The notes beneath the pieces were generated by a model, which worked only from the letters and a program-made list of their open reading frames with translations, was not told the DNA's origin and did not search any database. Shown one piece after another: positions 18,062 to 28,693 of a stretch of 59,197 nt of DNA. Made by a program: the position numbers and the translations under genes. The DNA is taken from sequence record DRR723986_1329. One strand, written 5' to 3'. How positions within the stretch are numbered: the stretch's first letter is position 1; the number at the start of each line of letters is the position of its first letter.

Positions 18062-19177
18062 ATGGAAGATCCACAGAAGAACTACGATTCAGTCGATGCC
18101 TACGACTTCGATCTGCCACGGGAACTCATTGCACAGCATCCTGCGCAGCACCGCATCGACGCAAGACTCCTGTTGGTCGATCGCAACGCGAATACGCTTG
18201 AGCACCATTATGTTCGCGACCTGCCCGATTTGCTGAATCCCGGCGACGCCTTGGTACTGAACGACTCCAAGGTCATTCCAGCACGTCTGCTCGGCTCACG
18301 AACCGCTACTAGGGGGCGTTGGGAAGGACTCTTTTTACGGGCGGACGAAAATGGTGCTTGGGAAGTTCTTAGTAAAACGCGTGGCCATTTAACCGTCGGC
18401 GAGACACTTACGTTACTTGACCGAGAAGGCCGCGCCTGTGAAGCATTGCAAGTCTTGGCCAAACTTGACGAAGGTCACCTGGCGGTCCGCCCGCTGACAG
18501 ACAACCTCCCTGGCGCACCAATCGATGGCGACCAATCTACTGCCGCGATCACGGAGTTGATGCTAGAGCGTTTTGGGCGCATTCCACTCCCGCCGTACAT
18601 TCGCGACGGCCAGATGGTTGACGACGACATCAACGATTACCAGACCGTTTACGCAAAGCATCCCGGCAGCGTCGCAGCCCCCACGGCCGGCTTGCACTTT
18701 ACCGTTGATTTGATCAAACACCTGCAGAACAAAGGTGTTCGCACGACTCCAGTAACTCTGCACGTAGGAATTGGCACTTTCCGCCCAGTCAGTGCCAAAC
18801 GTCTTTCGGATCACAAGATGCACACAGAGGTCGGTGAACTCCCTGAATCGTCTTCCAAACACATGCTTGCTTCAAAACAAGCCGGTTCCAGAGTCATTGC
18901 CGTTGGAACGACGAGCATGCGTGTCTTGGAATCTGCTGCACTTCAAACCGGCAATCCACTCGAGCCGTGGAAGGGCGAAACAGACATTTTCATCCGGCCG
19001 CCATTTGAATTCCAAGCCGTTGATTCGCTCATGACGAATTTCCACCTACCGAAGAGCACGCTCCTGGCTTTGGTAGCCGCGTTTGCGGGCTATGACCTTA
19101 CAATGCGAGCCTACCAGGAAGCAATCGAGCAGCGTTATCGATTCTTCAGCTACGGCGACTGCATGATGATCATCTAG
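18062..19177 (+). CDS. queA: S-adenosylmethionine:tRNA ribosyltransferase-isomerase
   Basis: YDFDLPRELIAQHP, PLPPYI, GSVAAPTAGLHFT, TNFHLPKSTL, YRFFSYGD. Confidence 0.96.
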   Translation: MEDPQKNYDSVDAYDFDLPRELIAQHPAQHRIDARLLLVDRNANTLEHHYVRDLPDLLNPGDALVLNDSKVIPARLLGSRTATRGRWEGLFLRADENGAWEVLSKTRGHLTVGETLTLLDREGRACEALQVLAKLDEGHLAVRPLTDNLPGAPIDGDQSTAAITELMLERFGRIPLPPYIRDGQMVDDDINDYQTVYAKHPGSVAAPTAGLHFTVDLIKHLQNKGVRTTPVTLHVGIGTFRPVSAKRLSDHKMHTEVGELPESSSKHMLASKQAGSRVIAVGTTSMRVLESAALQTGNPLEPWKGETDIFIRPPFEFQAVDSLMTNFHLPKSTLLALVAAFAGYDLTMRAYQEAIEQRYRFFSYGDCMMII

Positions 19178-19236
19178 TCAGCAGTACCCTCGAGACACAT
19201 CAACAATATTCACCAAAACACTGAACTGGAAATACC

Positions 19237-19833
19237 GTGGCAGAAGAAGAAGTACTTGTCATCCCTGAAGAACGCCTTCAACTACTGGGAGCTTTTTCGG
19301 GCTACAAACCGTTCAACCAGCAGGCCTTTGATGCGTTGTTGAATCCGGAGTTCATGACGTTTCGCCCGCGTTCGACGGTTGAGGAAGACCCGACGTTCAA
19401 GCAGTTGATTCCTTACGTTGTCCTTCAGTACAACACGCCCGATGGGCCGAGCGTTTTTCAATATACGCGTGGAAAAGGGCAGGGCGAAAAACGACTGCAC
19501 GCCCTTCGCAGTGTCGGAATCGGTGGCCACATTTCACAAGAAGACGCCGCAGCGAGCGACCTCTACCGCGCTGGGATGCAGCGTGAACTGCATGAAGAAG
19601 TGCAACTGGACTGCAAATTCGAGGAGGAGCTAGTCGGCTTCATCTACGACGATTCTTCGCCGGTCGGGCGTGTACACTTGGGCGTTGTTCACCGGATGAT
19701 ACTTGAGTCGGACGAAGTCAAGAATCGAGAGTCGGAAATTGCCGCCAGCGGATTTCAATCTGTGGCAGAAATGCTTGCGAAGCTGGACGAATTTGAGACA
19801 TGGTCCCAACTCTGTCTCACCAACATGTTCTAG
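19237..19833 (+). CDS. NUDIX-like putative phosphoesterase (YmaB-type)
   Basis: EEDPTFKQLIPY, SVGIGGHI, RELHEEV, VGRVHLG. Confidence 0.85.
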   Translation: MAEEEVLVIPEERLQLLGAFSGYKPFNQQAFDALLNPEFMTFRPRSTVEEDPTFKQLIPYVVLQYNTPDGPSVFQYTRGKGQGEKRLHALRSVGIGGHISQEDAAASDLYRAGMQRELHEEVQLDCKFEEELVGFIYDDSSPVGRVHLGVVHRMILESDEVKNRESEIAASGFQSVAEMLAKLDEFETWSQLCLTNMF

Positions 19834-19837
19834 AGAA

Positions 19838-21007
19838 ATGATCTACCTCGATCACCATTCGACCACTCCAGTTGCCCCCGAAGTTCTAGAGGCGATGCTT
19901 CCGTTTTTCGGTGAGCACTTTGGCAATGCTGGAAGCGTCACGCATCAGCCTGGACGAGAAGCAGCCGAGGCAACTTCGCTGGCATGCGAGCGGATTGCCG
20001 AGTGTTTGGGTGGGCAAAGCGATGGTTTGATCATTACCAGCGGAGCGACCGAAAGCTGCAATCTTGCGATCCTGGGTAGCTGTCTACATCCGAGACAAAA
20101 ACGACGCAAAGTCGTCAGCATCTGCACCGAACATCCTGCGGTTCTCGATCCAATCAAGCGGCTCAGCAAGAACGGCTTCGACTGCCAATTGCTATCGGTA
20201 GAGCCGACGACGGGACAGGTCGACATCGATCGAGTTGCTCAAGCCATTGATAGCGAAACGGCGCTTTGCAGTGTTATGCTGGCCAACAACGAAATTGGCA
20301 CAATCCAACCGCTGCGGCAAATCGCCGAAATCTGCAACGCGCACGACTGCTTGCTTCACACCGATGCAACCCAAGCGGTTGGCAGGATCCCCGTCGACAT
20401 CGCAGCACTAGGCGTAGACCTGCTTTCATTTTCGGCGCACAAGTTCTATGGCCCCAAAGGCATCGGTGGTCTGCTCGTTGGCCCAAACCGCCGCGTACGT
20501 TTGCACGCGCAAATTGTCGGCGGCGGACAACAAGCCAACCGCCGCAGCGGAACGCTGAACGTCCCGGGAATCATCGGCATGAGCGCCGCCATTGCACTTA
20601 CAGCGCGAGACATCGACGCCGAAACAGCTCGTCTCCAGTTGCTTCGAACACAGCTTTGGAACTCGCTTCGTCAGGTGACCACGAATACGCTCTTGAATGG
20701 ACCTGACATCGCCGATGGACCGAACGCGTCGGCACGCCTGCCCGGCAACCTGAACTGTTGTTTCGCTGGCGTTGAAGGCCAAAGCTTAATGCAATTGATG
20801 CCTGAACTTGCCGTCAGCAGTGGCAGCGCCTGTACCAGCGCCTCGCCAGATGTCAGTCATGTTCTGAAGGCGATAGGACGCAGCGAAGACGAAGCTCGCA
20901 GCAGCCTACGTTTCGGGCTGGGTCGAGGCACAGCCGCCGCAGACATTCAGCAGACGGCAAGCTGGATCGCAGAAGCAGTGGAGAAGCTACTCAAATTCGC
21001 AAGTTGA
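19838..21007 (+). CDS. Cysteine desulfurase (IscS/NifS group I)
   Basis: IYLDHHSTTP, SAHKFYGPKG (PLP lysine), SSGSACTS catalytic loop; ATG 19838. Confidence 0.93.
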   Translation: MIYLDHHSTTPVAPEVLEAMLPFFGEHFGNAGSVTHQPGREAAEATSLACERIAECLGGQSDGLIITSGATESCNLAILGSCLHPRQKRRKVVSICTEHPAVLDPIKRLSKNGFDCQLLSVEPTTGQVDIDRVAQAIDSETALCSVMLANNEIGTIQPLRQIAEICNAHDCLLHTDATQAVGRIPVDIAALGVDLLSFSAHKFYGPKGIGGLLVGPNRRVRLHAQIVGGGQQANRRSGTLNVPGIIGMSAAIALTARDIDAETARLQLLRTQLWNSLRQVTTNTLLNGPDIADGPNASARLPGNLNCCFAGVEGQSLMQLMPELAVSSGSACTSASPDVSHVLKAIGRSEDEARSSLRFGLGRGTAAADIQQTASWIAEAVEKLLKFAS

Positions 21008-21076
21008 CAGGCCACTTTGTTACGCAGCTAGCCAAGTTTTCTGCTCCCAGGATGCTCACTTAACCAAGAGGTAACC

Positions 21077-21844
21077 ATGATGAAAGTCCGACCAAGTGTT
21101 TGCATCGACGCAGTTCTGGAAGGTGTGCCGCTCGAGCAAGCAGTACGTCAAGTCGCACGGCTCGGTTACGAGGCCATTGAGTTCTGGTGTTGGTGGGAAA
21201 AGGACCTCGAGACGCTCTTGCGTCTTTGTGACGAATTGAACCTGAGCATCGCAGCAACATGCACAAAATTCATATCGCTTGTCGACGCAACTCATCGCTC
21301 CGAATACTTGGCTGGGCTGCAGGAGAGTATCGAGGCAGCGCAAAAGCTGGGCTGTCCGACGCTGATTTCGCAAGTCGGCGACTTCTTGCCGGAGACTCCT
21401 CGCGAAGAGCAGTTTGCTTCACTCGTAGAAGGGTTGCGTGAAGCGGCTAAGCTGCTCGACGGCTCGGGAGTCACCCTGGCGATCGAACCACTCAACGAAC
21501 TGGTCGACCACCAAGGCTACTTTCTTGTTCGAAGCGACGAAACTTTTCGATGCATCGACGAGGTATCCAGCGACTGCGTGAAGGTGACGTTCGATATCTA
21601 TCACCAGCAGATCAGCGAAGGAAATGTGATTCACAACCTCACAACTAACATTGACAAGATTGCGCACTTCCATGCGGCAGGGAATCCCGGACGCAACGAA
21701 CTGTCACGTGGGGAATTGAACTATGGAGAGATTATTCGAGCGATCGCGGAGACCAACTTCAGCGGCTTTGTGGGCTTGGAGTACTGGCCAGTAGAGGCTG
21801 CAGAGCAAGGCCTTCAATCAAGCCTTACACTTTTCGACGCGTAA
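21077..21844 (+). CDS. Hydroxypyruvate isomerase-family TIM-barrel protein
   Basis: IEPLN, FDIYHQQISEGN, HAAGNPGRNE, GLEY. Confidence 0.88.
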   Translation: MMKVRPSVCIDAVLEGVPLEQAVRQVARLGYEAIEFWCWWEKDLETLLRLCDELNLSIAATCTKFISLVDATHRSEYLAGLQESIEAAQKLGCPTLISQVGDFLPETPREEQFASLVEGLREAAKLLDGSGVTLAIEPLNELVDHQGYFLVRSDETFRCIDEVSSDCVKVTFDIYHQQISEGNVIHNLTTNIDKIAHFHAAGNPGRNELSRGELNYGEIIRAIAETNFSGFVGLEYWPVEAAEQGLQSSLTLFDA

Positions 21845-21867
21845 AGGTCGTAAATGCAAGCAGGCGA

Positions 21868-22509
21868 CTATTCGAAAGGCGTCTCAAAGCTTTCCTCTTC
21901 CTTTTCCCACACGATTTGGTTTTCCACTTTATCGATCCCGGGCTCTAGCAAGAGAAGCTGCTCGACAATCTTTGCGTCACGACGAAACGGTACGTTACCT
22001 TTCACGGTGGCAGTACGCTTGTCGATCGCAAGGTCCAACGCGCGAAATTTCTGGGGTAGCGGAATTCTATCCAGTCGAGAAGTAATGTTCTGTTTGACCT
22101 GCTCAGGAGCGAGCCACTTCCCCTTGAAGCCGAGCTTGAGTGACACTTTGATGGGTGACTGGTTTTGCTGACTGTTCCCAAATCCTCCTCCAAAGCCACC
22201 GAACCCGCCGCCGAATCCTCCGAATCCACCTCCGAAGCCGCCCAGTCCAAGACCGGCGCCAAATCCACCGATAGCAGAGTTGATAGCGCGGTTATTCTGT
22301 GCTGTCGGAGCGGAATCTAGGATCGATGTCTGCTGGGCCCCAGCACCAAAGCCGGACAAGCCAAAGTCAGGCTGAAGAGTTCCAGTGTCTAGTGAGCCTT
22401 CACCGCCGACTTGTGAAGTATCTTGAGTGAACTGGGAATATGCATGTTGCTCTGCCAGCAGACCAGCGAAACCAAATGCAGCAAGCATTACGACGGTTTT
22501 AATCTTCAT
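21868..22509 (-). CDS. Secreted BON-domain protein with GGFGG low-complexity region
   Basis: Signal peptide, repeated GGFGG, C-terminal ATVKGNV...EPGIDKVENQI. Confidence 0.75.
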   Translation of the reverse strand: MKIKTVVMLAAFGFAGLLAEQHAYSQFTQDTSQVGGEGSLDTGTLQPDFGLSGFGAGAQQTSILDSAPTAQNNRAINSAIGGFGAGLGLGGFGGGFGGFGGGFGGFGGGFGNSQQNQSPIKVSLKLGFKGKWLAPEQVKQNITSRLDRIPLPQKFRALDLAIDKRTATVKGNVPFRRDAKIVEQLLLLEPGIDKVENQIVWEKEEESFETPFE

Positions 22510-23006
22510 TGCTTCAATCGTCCGTATGTTGTTTCGTGATCAGACCCACTTCACCGCGCAAGTCCTACCCGCTTTCAGAGTAGGAAACGCAGGTGGCCTT
22601 CAGGCGGCGACTACAGCCTTCCTTGCGTTCAATTTTCCTGCTGTTGACCACGGCGAGCACATCTAAGGTGGTCCAACAGCCCCTGTTTTCAGCGTAATCC
22701 GTCGACTACGATTGTTTTTGCAATATTTGACAAAGTCAAGCGAAGTAGAGTAGCCAGCAATCCAAGTGGCGTATCTGCGGGCTCAGATTCCACAGCGAAG
22801 GTCTTATCGGCTAGATTCAGATTTGACCGTGACCGAAGCAATCACAATTGGCCATGCACCCCACTACAAAGCCGAGTCCTGAGGAATGATTCGGTTTTGA
22901 GTAGCGCAACGCTCGTATTGTGTAGGAAAGAGTCGTGTGTAGGAACGAGCCGAAGCATTTTCGGCGGGCCCGAAAGTTCATCCGTTCAACAATTGATGTG
23001 AGACCA

Positions 23007-24884
23007 ATGGTTATTCCAAGATCGATCCGTACCTTGCGTTTCTGTAACCTGACAGCTAGTGCGTTTCTGTCTGTCGCAGCGATCGTCGCGTCAAGCCAAG
23101 CAGTCGTTGCACAAGACGATCAACAGGTTCCGAAGCTTACTGCTCCGAAGCTTTTCCCTGAGACCACGTTGGCGTACGTGCGAATCGATGACGTCCAAGA
23201 CCTCAAGGAGCGGCTCGACAATAGTTCTATCGGAAAGCTGGCCAATGACAACGAGCTGAAGCCAATCCTCAGTGAGTTCTACGGAACACTCGTGCGGTCG
23301 ACAGAACAGATGCAGGATGTCATCGGGCTGAATCTTGACGAACTGCTTTCCATTCCTACTGGCGAGCTAGCCATTGCGCTGCTGCCGCCCGAGAAGCGAT
23401 CATCACGACGTGCAGAGAACGCCGACGGGGAGTCTCGCGAGCGAGTTGATCGTCCGGCTGTCGTGATGCTGCTCGATGCCGGCGAAGAGATCTCCAGTGT
23501 CCAAGTCCTGATGGAACGTGCTGAAAAGGCCGTCATGGATCAGAACTTTGTCTACGAGAGCAAGGAGATCGCTGGCTTCACGCTTCATCGCTACCGCAAT
23601 CCCAACCGTCGCGACCAGGAGTTTAGCTACTTCATCGATGAAGGCACGATGATCGCCAGTACGGCGGCAGTTTACTTGGAAACCATGGCTGCCGACTGGA
23701 AGGCAGGGAAAGCTTCATGGGAATCGCTAGCCGACAATCGCAAATTTGTCTCCATCATGAGCCGGTGCGTGGGCACCGATGGCGAACGGCCACAAGTTTC
23801 CTTCTTCGTTGATCCATTGCGGATCATTCGCGAATTGTCACCGCGAAATGCTGGCACCATGATGGCTCTCAGCATGATTGGGCCACTTGGATTTGATGGT
23901 ATCGAAGGGGTCGGAGGCAGTTGGATCGTATCACCACCAGACTTCGATTCTATCTCACACTTGCACCTGCTTCTTTCCAGCCCACGCGAAGCCGTTCTCA
24001 GTTTGCTTCGTCCCAAATCGGGATCAACAACGCCTGAACCCTGGGTCCCTGGCTCCGTCGCCGGTTACAACACGATCAACTGGGACATCAGTTCGACGTT
24101 TAAGGGGATTGAACAGTTCTACAATCAAATCCGCGGCAACGACGCTCTTGAGAAGCAAGCTCTTACACCCGTGCTAGATCGCTTTGGCATCGACATTCGA
24201 AACGACGTGATTGCAAATCTGGACGGACGCGTCACCTTCATCCAGGGTTTTGTCCGCCCCGTTACGATCAACAGCGGTTCGAACGTTTACGCAATCAAGC
24301 TGAAGAATGAAGAGTACTTCAAGACCAACGTCGTCAATAAAATCAAAGATTTGATCGAAACACGCACCGAAGTAAAAACGGAATCGTTCGGAAAGCTTAG
24401 AGCCAATGTCGTTCAGATCGGCCGTAACCGCCCAAATGCCGATGCACCGATTCGTCAACCTGAACTATGCTTTACCGTTCATGAGGGCTACCTCTTGATC
24501 GCGGACAGCCGCTACATGATGCGACAAATCGCCGAATGCATGGCCGGTAATTCCCCGCCGCTGGTCGATTCACTTGAATACCAATTGATCTCAGATCGTA
24601 TCTCAGCGCAACTTCAAGACAAGGAATGTGCGGGCATTGCCTTCGCGCGTCCGGAAGAGTCGCTGCAACTGTTCTACGAATTGGCTCGCGACAAGAAGAA
24701 CCAAGAACGCTTACGCCAGATTTCTGATAACAACGGATTCTTCAAAGCACTGTTGGCGGCTCTGGAAAAGCACGAGCTGCCGCCATTCTCCGTGATTGCC
24801 AAGTACCTAGCTCCAGGTGGTGGCTTCTTGGTTGATGAGCAGAACGGTATGCACTACACGCAATTCTCAATGCGTCGCGAGTAG
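23007..24884 (+). CDS. Conserved secreted protein (DUF3352-like)
   Basis: Long ORF with signal peptide ending VVAQDD; APKLFPETTLAYVRI start, C-terminal LPPFSVIAKYLAPGGG. Start uncertain (22935 or 23007). Confidence 0.7.
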   Translation: MVIPRSIRTLRFCNLTASAFLSVAAIVASSQAVVAQDDQQVPKLTAPKLFPETTLAYVRIDDVQDLKERLDNSSIGKLANDNELKPILSEFYGTLVRSTEQMQDVIGLNLDELLSIPTGELAIALLPPEKRSSRRAENADGESRERVDRPAVVMLLDAGEEISSVQVLMERAEKAVMDQNFVYESKEIAGFTLHRYRNPNRRDQEFSYFIDEGTMIASTAAVYLETMAADWKAGKASWESLADNRKFVSIMSRCVGTDGERPQVSFFVDPLRIIRELSPRNAGTMMALSMIGPLGFDGIEGVGGSWIVSPPDFDSISHLHLLLSSPREAVLSLLRPKSGSTTPEPWVPGSVAGYNTINWDISSTFKGIEQFYNQIRGNDALEKQALTPVLDRFGIDIRNDVIANLDGRVTFIQGFVRPVTINSGSNVYAIKLKNEEYFKTNVVNKIKDLIETRTEVKTESFGKLRANVVQIGRNRPNADAPIRQPELCFTVHEGYLLIADSRYMMRQIAECMAGNSPPLVDSLEYQLISDRISAQLQDKECAGIAFARPEESLQLFYELARDKKNQERLRQISDNNGFFKALLAALEKHELPPFSVIAKYLAPGGGFLVDEQNGMHYTQFSMRRE

Positions 24885-24927
24885 TTCCAGCAGTTGAGCC
24901 CTTAAAACAAGCATGAAGAAGCAAAAG

Positions 24928-24956
24928 TGGGTTGGCATATTGCCAGCCCATTTTTT
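24928..24956 (+). terminator. Intrinsic terminator
   Basis: TGGGTTGGCA-TAT-TGCCAGCCCA followed by TTTTTT. Confidence 0.7.
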
Positions 24957-25136
24957 ATGCCTGCACGGCATACAGTGTGGCACGGGCACGCAGGGGTATC
25001 ATGCGCACCGCTAGCATGGCACGCAAGAGGAGTCGCCCTTCCTGCTGAAAACCAATCGCTAAGCAGAAAAGAGCACCTGGCGATGTTATCATGCGACCTC
25101 CCACGCAACAGAAACCAATCCCCAAGTGAACAGATC

Positions 25137-26630
25137 ATGAATCCACAGCGGCTGCTTACACTCCTGGCAATTCTCTCTGCATGCCTTTCTCCCAACTTAG
25201 CGAACGCCGAAACGGTGACGGGCAAACGCCCGAATATCATTTTGGTCATGACCGACGACCAGGGCATGGGAGACCTATCATGCATGGGAAATGAAGTGCT
25301 AAGAACGCCCAACTTGGATCGGTTCTACGCCAAATCAACTCGCTTCACCGACTTTCATGTCAGCCCAACGTGTGCTCCGACGCGCAGCGCAATCTTCAGT
25401 GGTCGGCACGAGTTTCGTAACGGCGTGACCCACACAATTAAGGAACGCGAAAGGATGGCCCTTTCGACGACCACTTTCCCACAGTTGCTGCGACAAACGG
25501 GCTACGCAACCGGGATCTTTGGGAAGTGGCACCTGGGAGACGAAGAGCTCTACCAACCCTACAACCGGGGTTTTTCCGAGACGTTTATCCACGGAGCGGG
25601 CGGAATTGGCCAGTCTTACCCTGGAAGCTGCGCTGACTTTCCACCCAACCGCGAGAAGGCCGGCCGATACTTTGACAACGTGATCTTGCACAATGACACG
25701 ATTGTCCAGACCGAAGGCTTCTGCACTGACGTTTTCTTTGAGGCGTCGCTGGGGTGGATGAAAGCGCAAATCCAAGCCGAACGTCCGTTCTTCGCCTACA
25801 TTGCTCCTAACGCTCCGCACGGTCCAATGATTGCACCGGAGAAGTACAAGCAGCGATTCCTTGACCTTGGTTGGGACGGCAACACAGCCGGCCGCTACGG
25901 AATGATCGAGAACATTGATGACAACTTTGGACGGCTGGTTGAAAAACTAGACCAATGGCAGGCTTGGGACAACACGCTTGTCATTTTCATGACCGACAAC
26001 GGACAAGCCGCGCGAAGTGGTAAACTAAACGGCAAACGCACCAATGTGTTTACTGCAGGCTTCAAGACGGGCAAAGGATCACCCTATGAAGGTGGAACGC
26101 ATGTTCCAGCCTTCTGGTATTGGCGTGGCGTTCTTGGTGAAGGCGTCGATATCCCAGCACTCACCGCCCACGTGGATCTTTTCGCCACTTTTTGTCAACT
26201 GGCTGGCATCAATGTTCCAACCGATATCCAGCCGCTAGATGGCCGCAGCCTTGTACCGCTGTTGGAGAATCCCCAAGCAGCATGGCAGGACCGCCACCTG
26301 TTTGTTCATAAGGGTCGCTGGGAATCGGGCGACAACCCAAGCAACAGCATGCACCGCGACTGCGCCGTGCGTTCGCAGCGTTGGAGGTTGGTCAACCACA
26401 GAGAACTGTATGACATTGAGAACGATCCCTACGAATCGACCAATGTCGCTGACGCTCATCCAGAAGTTGTCGCGGAACTACGAGCTGCGTTTGATGATTG
26501 GTGGGTCGAAACCATCCCGATGATGGTCAACGAAAACGCCACTCCGACGGAGCAGCAGCCACAAGCCGTGCGTTATTTGCGACAAAAAGCCTTGCGTGGC
26601 ATCCCCGATTGGAAACGCCCGCAGTTGTAA
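25137..26630 (+). CDS. Arylsulfatase (formylglycine-dependent, S1)
   Basis: Signal peptide, PNIILVMTDDQG, CAPTR, GKWHLG, TDNG. Confidence 0.93.
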   Translation: MNPQRLLTLLAILSACLSPNLANAETVTGKRPNIILVMTDDQGMGDLSCMGNEVLRTPNLDRFYAKSTRFTDFHVSPTCAPTRSAIFSGRHEFRNGVTHTIKERERMALSTTTFPQLLRQTGYATGIFGKWHLGDEELYQPYNRGFSETFIHGAGGIGQSYPGSCADFPPNREKAGRYFDNVILHNDTIVQTEGFCTDVFFEASLGWMKAQIQAERPFFAYIAPNAPHGPMIAPEKYKQRFLDLGWDGNTAGRYGMIENIDDNFGRLVEKLDQWQAWDNTLVIFMTDNGQAARSGKLNGKRTNVFTAGFKTGKGSPYEGGTHVPAFWYWRGVLGEGVDIPALTAHVDLFATFCQLAGINVPTDIQPLDGRSLVPLLENPQAAWQDRHLFVHKGRWESGDNPSNSMHRDCAVRSQRWRLVNHRELYDIENDPYESTNVADAHPEVVAELRAAFDDWWVETIPMMVNENATPTEQQPQAVRYLRQKALRGIPDWKRPQL

Positions 26631-26663
26631 TTGGTCCGCAACATGGGACTAGGTGATCGCAAG

Positions 26664-28121
26664 CTATTGTTGGTCTTCTAGCGTCGTTGCGCCTGGAGGA
26701 GTCCAAGTTTCTTTGACGCGTTTGCGGGTAATCTGCCAAGCCTCTTTGGCTTCACGCCGATGCTTTTCAGTCCGTCCCTCGAGCGGCCAATTAGGATCGG
26801 GACGATGGGCTTGTTGCATGATTCGCTCGGCCTTTTCGACTAGCTCGGGCCGCTGGGCGGCGAGATTGTTGCGTTCGCCAGGATCCTGTTTGAGGTCATA
26901 TAGCTCGATTGGTTTGTCGATTCCATTGCGAACAGCCTTCCAGTCATTGAAGCGGGTCGCCTGCACTGGTTTATCCAGGTGCAGTTCCCAGTAAAAGTAG
27001 TCTCGTTCTGGGGCGTCGCCGCCCTTGAAGTAGTCGACCAACGATTTACCATCAGTTTCGTAGCCCGATGTTGTGTCTGCTCCGGAGAGTTCGACAAACG
27101 TCGGCATCATGTCCCAGAACGCCCACGGTTGGTCATCGACTCGCCCGGCCGGAATATGCTCTGGCCACCACGCAATGGCTGCTTGCCGAAGTGCCCCTTC
27201 GTACATTCCACGTTTGTAACCGCGCAAGCCGTTGCTGGCTTGATTGAACCGGCGACCGATCTCTGACTTGGGGTTAAACGAAGAGCCGTTGTCGCCTGTG
27301 AAAACGACCAGTGTATTTTCCGCGATACCAAGCTCGCGCAGGGTATCGGCCAACTCGCCAACGTCCGAATCAACACGCCCCACCTGTGCGGCGTAGGACT
27401 TCTGCTTCTCGGTCCAATTGCGATCTTTGTAAATTCCAAGATCGTCGATTTCGTGGCGTCCGTGCGGTAGAGTGATCGCGTAGAACAATAGAAACGGATG
27501 ATCAGCGTTTTCCTTTACCCAGCGAATCATATCGTTCTGGATTAATTCTTGGGCATAGGTTTCACCAACATCGCGTCCGTTGTTGCCAGGCAGCAAGAAT
27601 GGTACTGAATCGTTGTAGAGATAAGTTGGAAAATACGAGTGGGCATGCCGTTGGCAGTTGTAGCCGAAGAAGTGATCCACTCCCTGTTTATGAGGACTGC
27701 CGCTGGAGTCGAAATAACCCATTCCCCATTTGCCGAAAGTAGCTGTCGCATAGCCCGCTCCCTTGGCAACCTCGGCAATCGTGACGGTCTCCGCGGGCAG
27801 CGGCAGTTGTCCCTCGGGAGGCACTTCATAGTTACCGCGAACGGGGCAGTGACCGGTGTGCAGGCCAGTAAAAAAGGATGACCGACTGGGAGCGCAAACG
27901 CTGGTACCGCAATAAGCCTGAAGATACCGCGTCCCTTCTGCGGCCATGCGGTCCAAGTTCGGCGTCTGGATGATCTTCTGGCCGTAGCATCCGAGATCTC
28001 CCTGAGCGATATCGTCGCTCAAGATGAAAATAAAGTTGGGCTGGTCGCCTGCCGCGACAATGCTTGTCAGCAAGCAAAACAACACGAGCCCGCTCACCAA
28101 AGTACTAATGCGATTCATCAT
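26664..28121 (-). CDS. Arylsulfatase (formylglycine-dependent, S1)
   Basis: [27 protein letters not shown]. Confidence 0.93.
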   Translation of the reverse strand: MMNRISTLVSGLVLFCLLTSIVAAGDQPNFIFILSDDIAQGDLGCYGQKIIQTPNLDRMAAEGTRYLQAYCGTSVCAPSRSSFFTGLHTGHCPVRGNYEVPPEGQLPLPAETVTIAEVAKGAGYATATFGKWGMGYFDSSGSPHKQGVDHFFGYNCQRHAHSYFPTYLYNDSVPFLLPGNNGRDVGETYAQELIQNDMIRWVKENADHPFLLFYAITLPHGRHEIDDLGIYKDRNWTEKQKSYAAQVGRVDSDVGELADTLRELGIAENTLVVFTGDNGSSFNPKSEIGRRFNQASNGLRGYKRGMYEGALRQAAIAWWPEHIPAGRVDDQPWAFWDMMPTFVELSGADTTSGYETDGKSLVDYFKGGDAPERDYFYWELHLDKPVQATRFNDWKAVRNGIDKPIELYDLKQDPGERNNLAAQRPELVEKAERIMQQAHRPDPNWPLEGRTEKHRREAKEAWQITRKRVKETWTPPGATTLEDQQ

Positions 28122-28342
28122 TGCGCCTCAAATCTCACTCACAAAGCCACTCTACGGAGGTAACCCGACCAACCACTTTGCCTGGAATGCTGACGATTGC
28201 ATTGCCAAGAAGGTTGTTCTCAATATCCTAGAGAGTTGTGGCGGTTCTCGCAGGACGGGCGAGCTCCACCACTCCAATCGCAGCCGCAGGCTGTTGAACG
28301 CCCCAAGAACCTTACGAATGATTTCTCTCCCCACCAGCATCG

Positions 28343-28531
28343 ATGAAACAATACTGCAGGTCATGTTTTCGGCAGGAAGAGCACCGTCTAATTCCGATGC
28401 CTACGTTCTTGAAACGCTCCATCGAAAGTGGCATGCTGCGAATCTTTCGTCGTCTAGCGCCGCGTAAGTGTATATGCTGTGGGTCGGTAAGGTGGTTTGG
28501 CTTACCCTTTGGGGGTAACTATCGCCGCTGA
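28343..28531 (+). CDS. Candidate small Cys-rich (zinc-ribbon-like) protein
   Basis: 62 aa with CRSC near the N terminus and CICC near the C terminus; lies in an otherwise empty 570-bp gap. Confidence 0.4.
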   Translation: MKQYCRSCFRQEEHRLIPMPTFLKRSIESGMLRIFRRLAPRKCICCGSVRWFGLPFGGNYRR

Positions 28532-28693
28532 AGCCAGATGATTGGCGAACCTGCGTCTAGCCGCAAAATTTGGCCGCTTGAGAGTTAACTGGGCCATTGC
28601 CCCCTTTTCTGACAGATCAGGAACTGGTTTCATGCAAGTTCCTAACGATCGCTCCTGGCCAATCAGTACTGGCTGTAGCGACTAAATCCACTG

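Noticed and set aside
24960..25025. Degenerate REP-like copy (ACGGCATACAGTGTGGCAC)
   Set aside because: Only a partial match with no intact hairpin or GTAG end; too weak to call.
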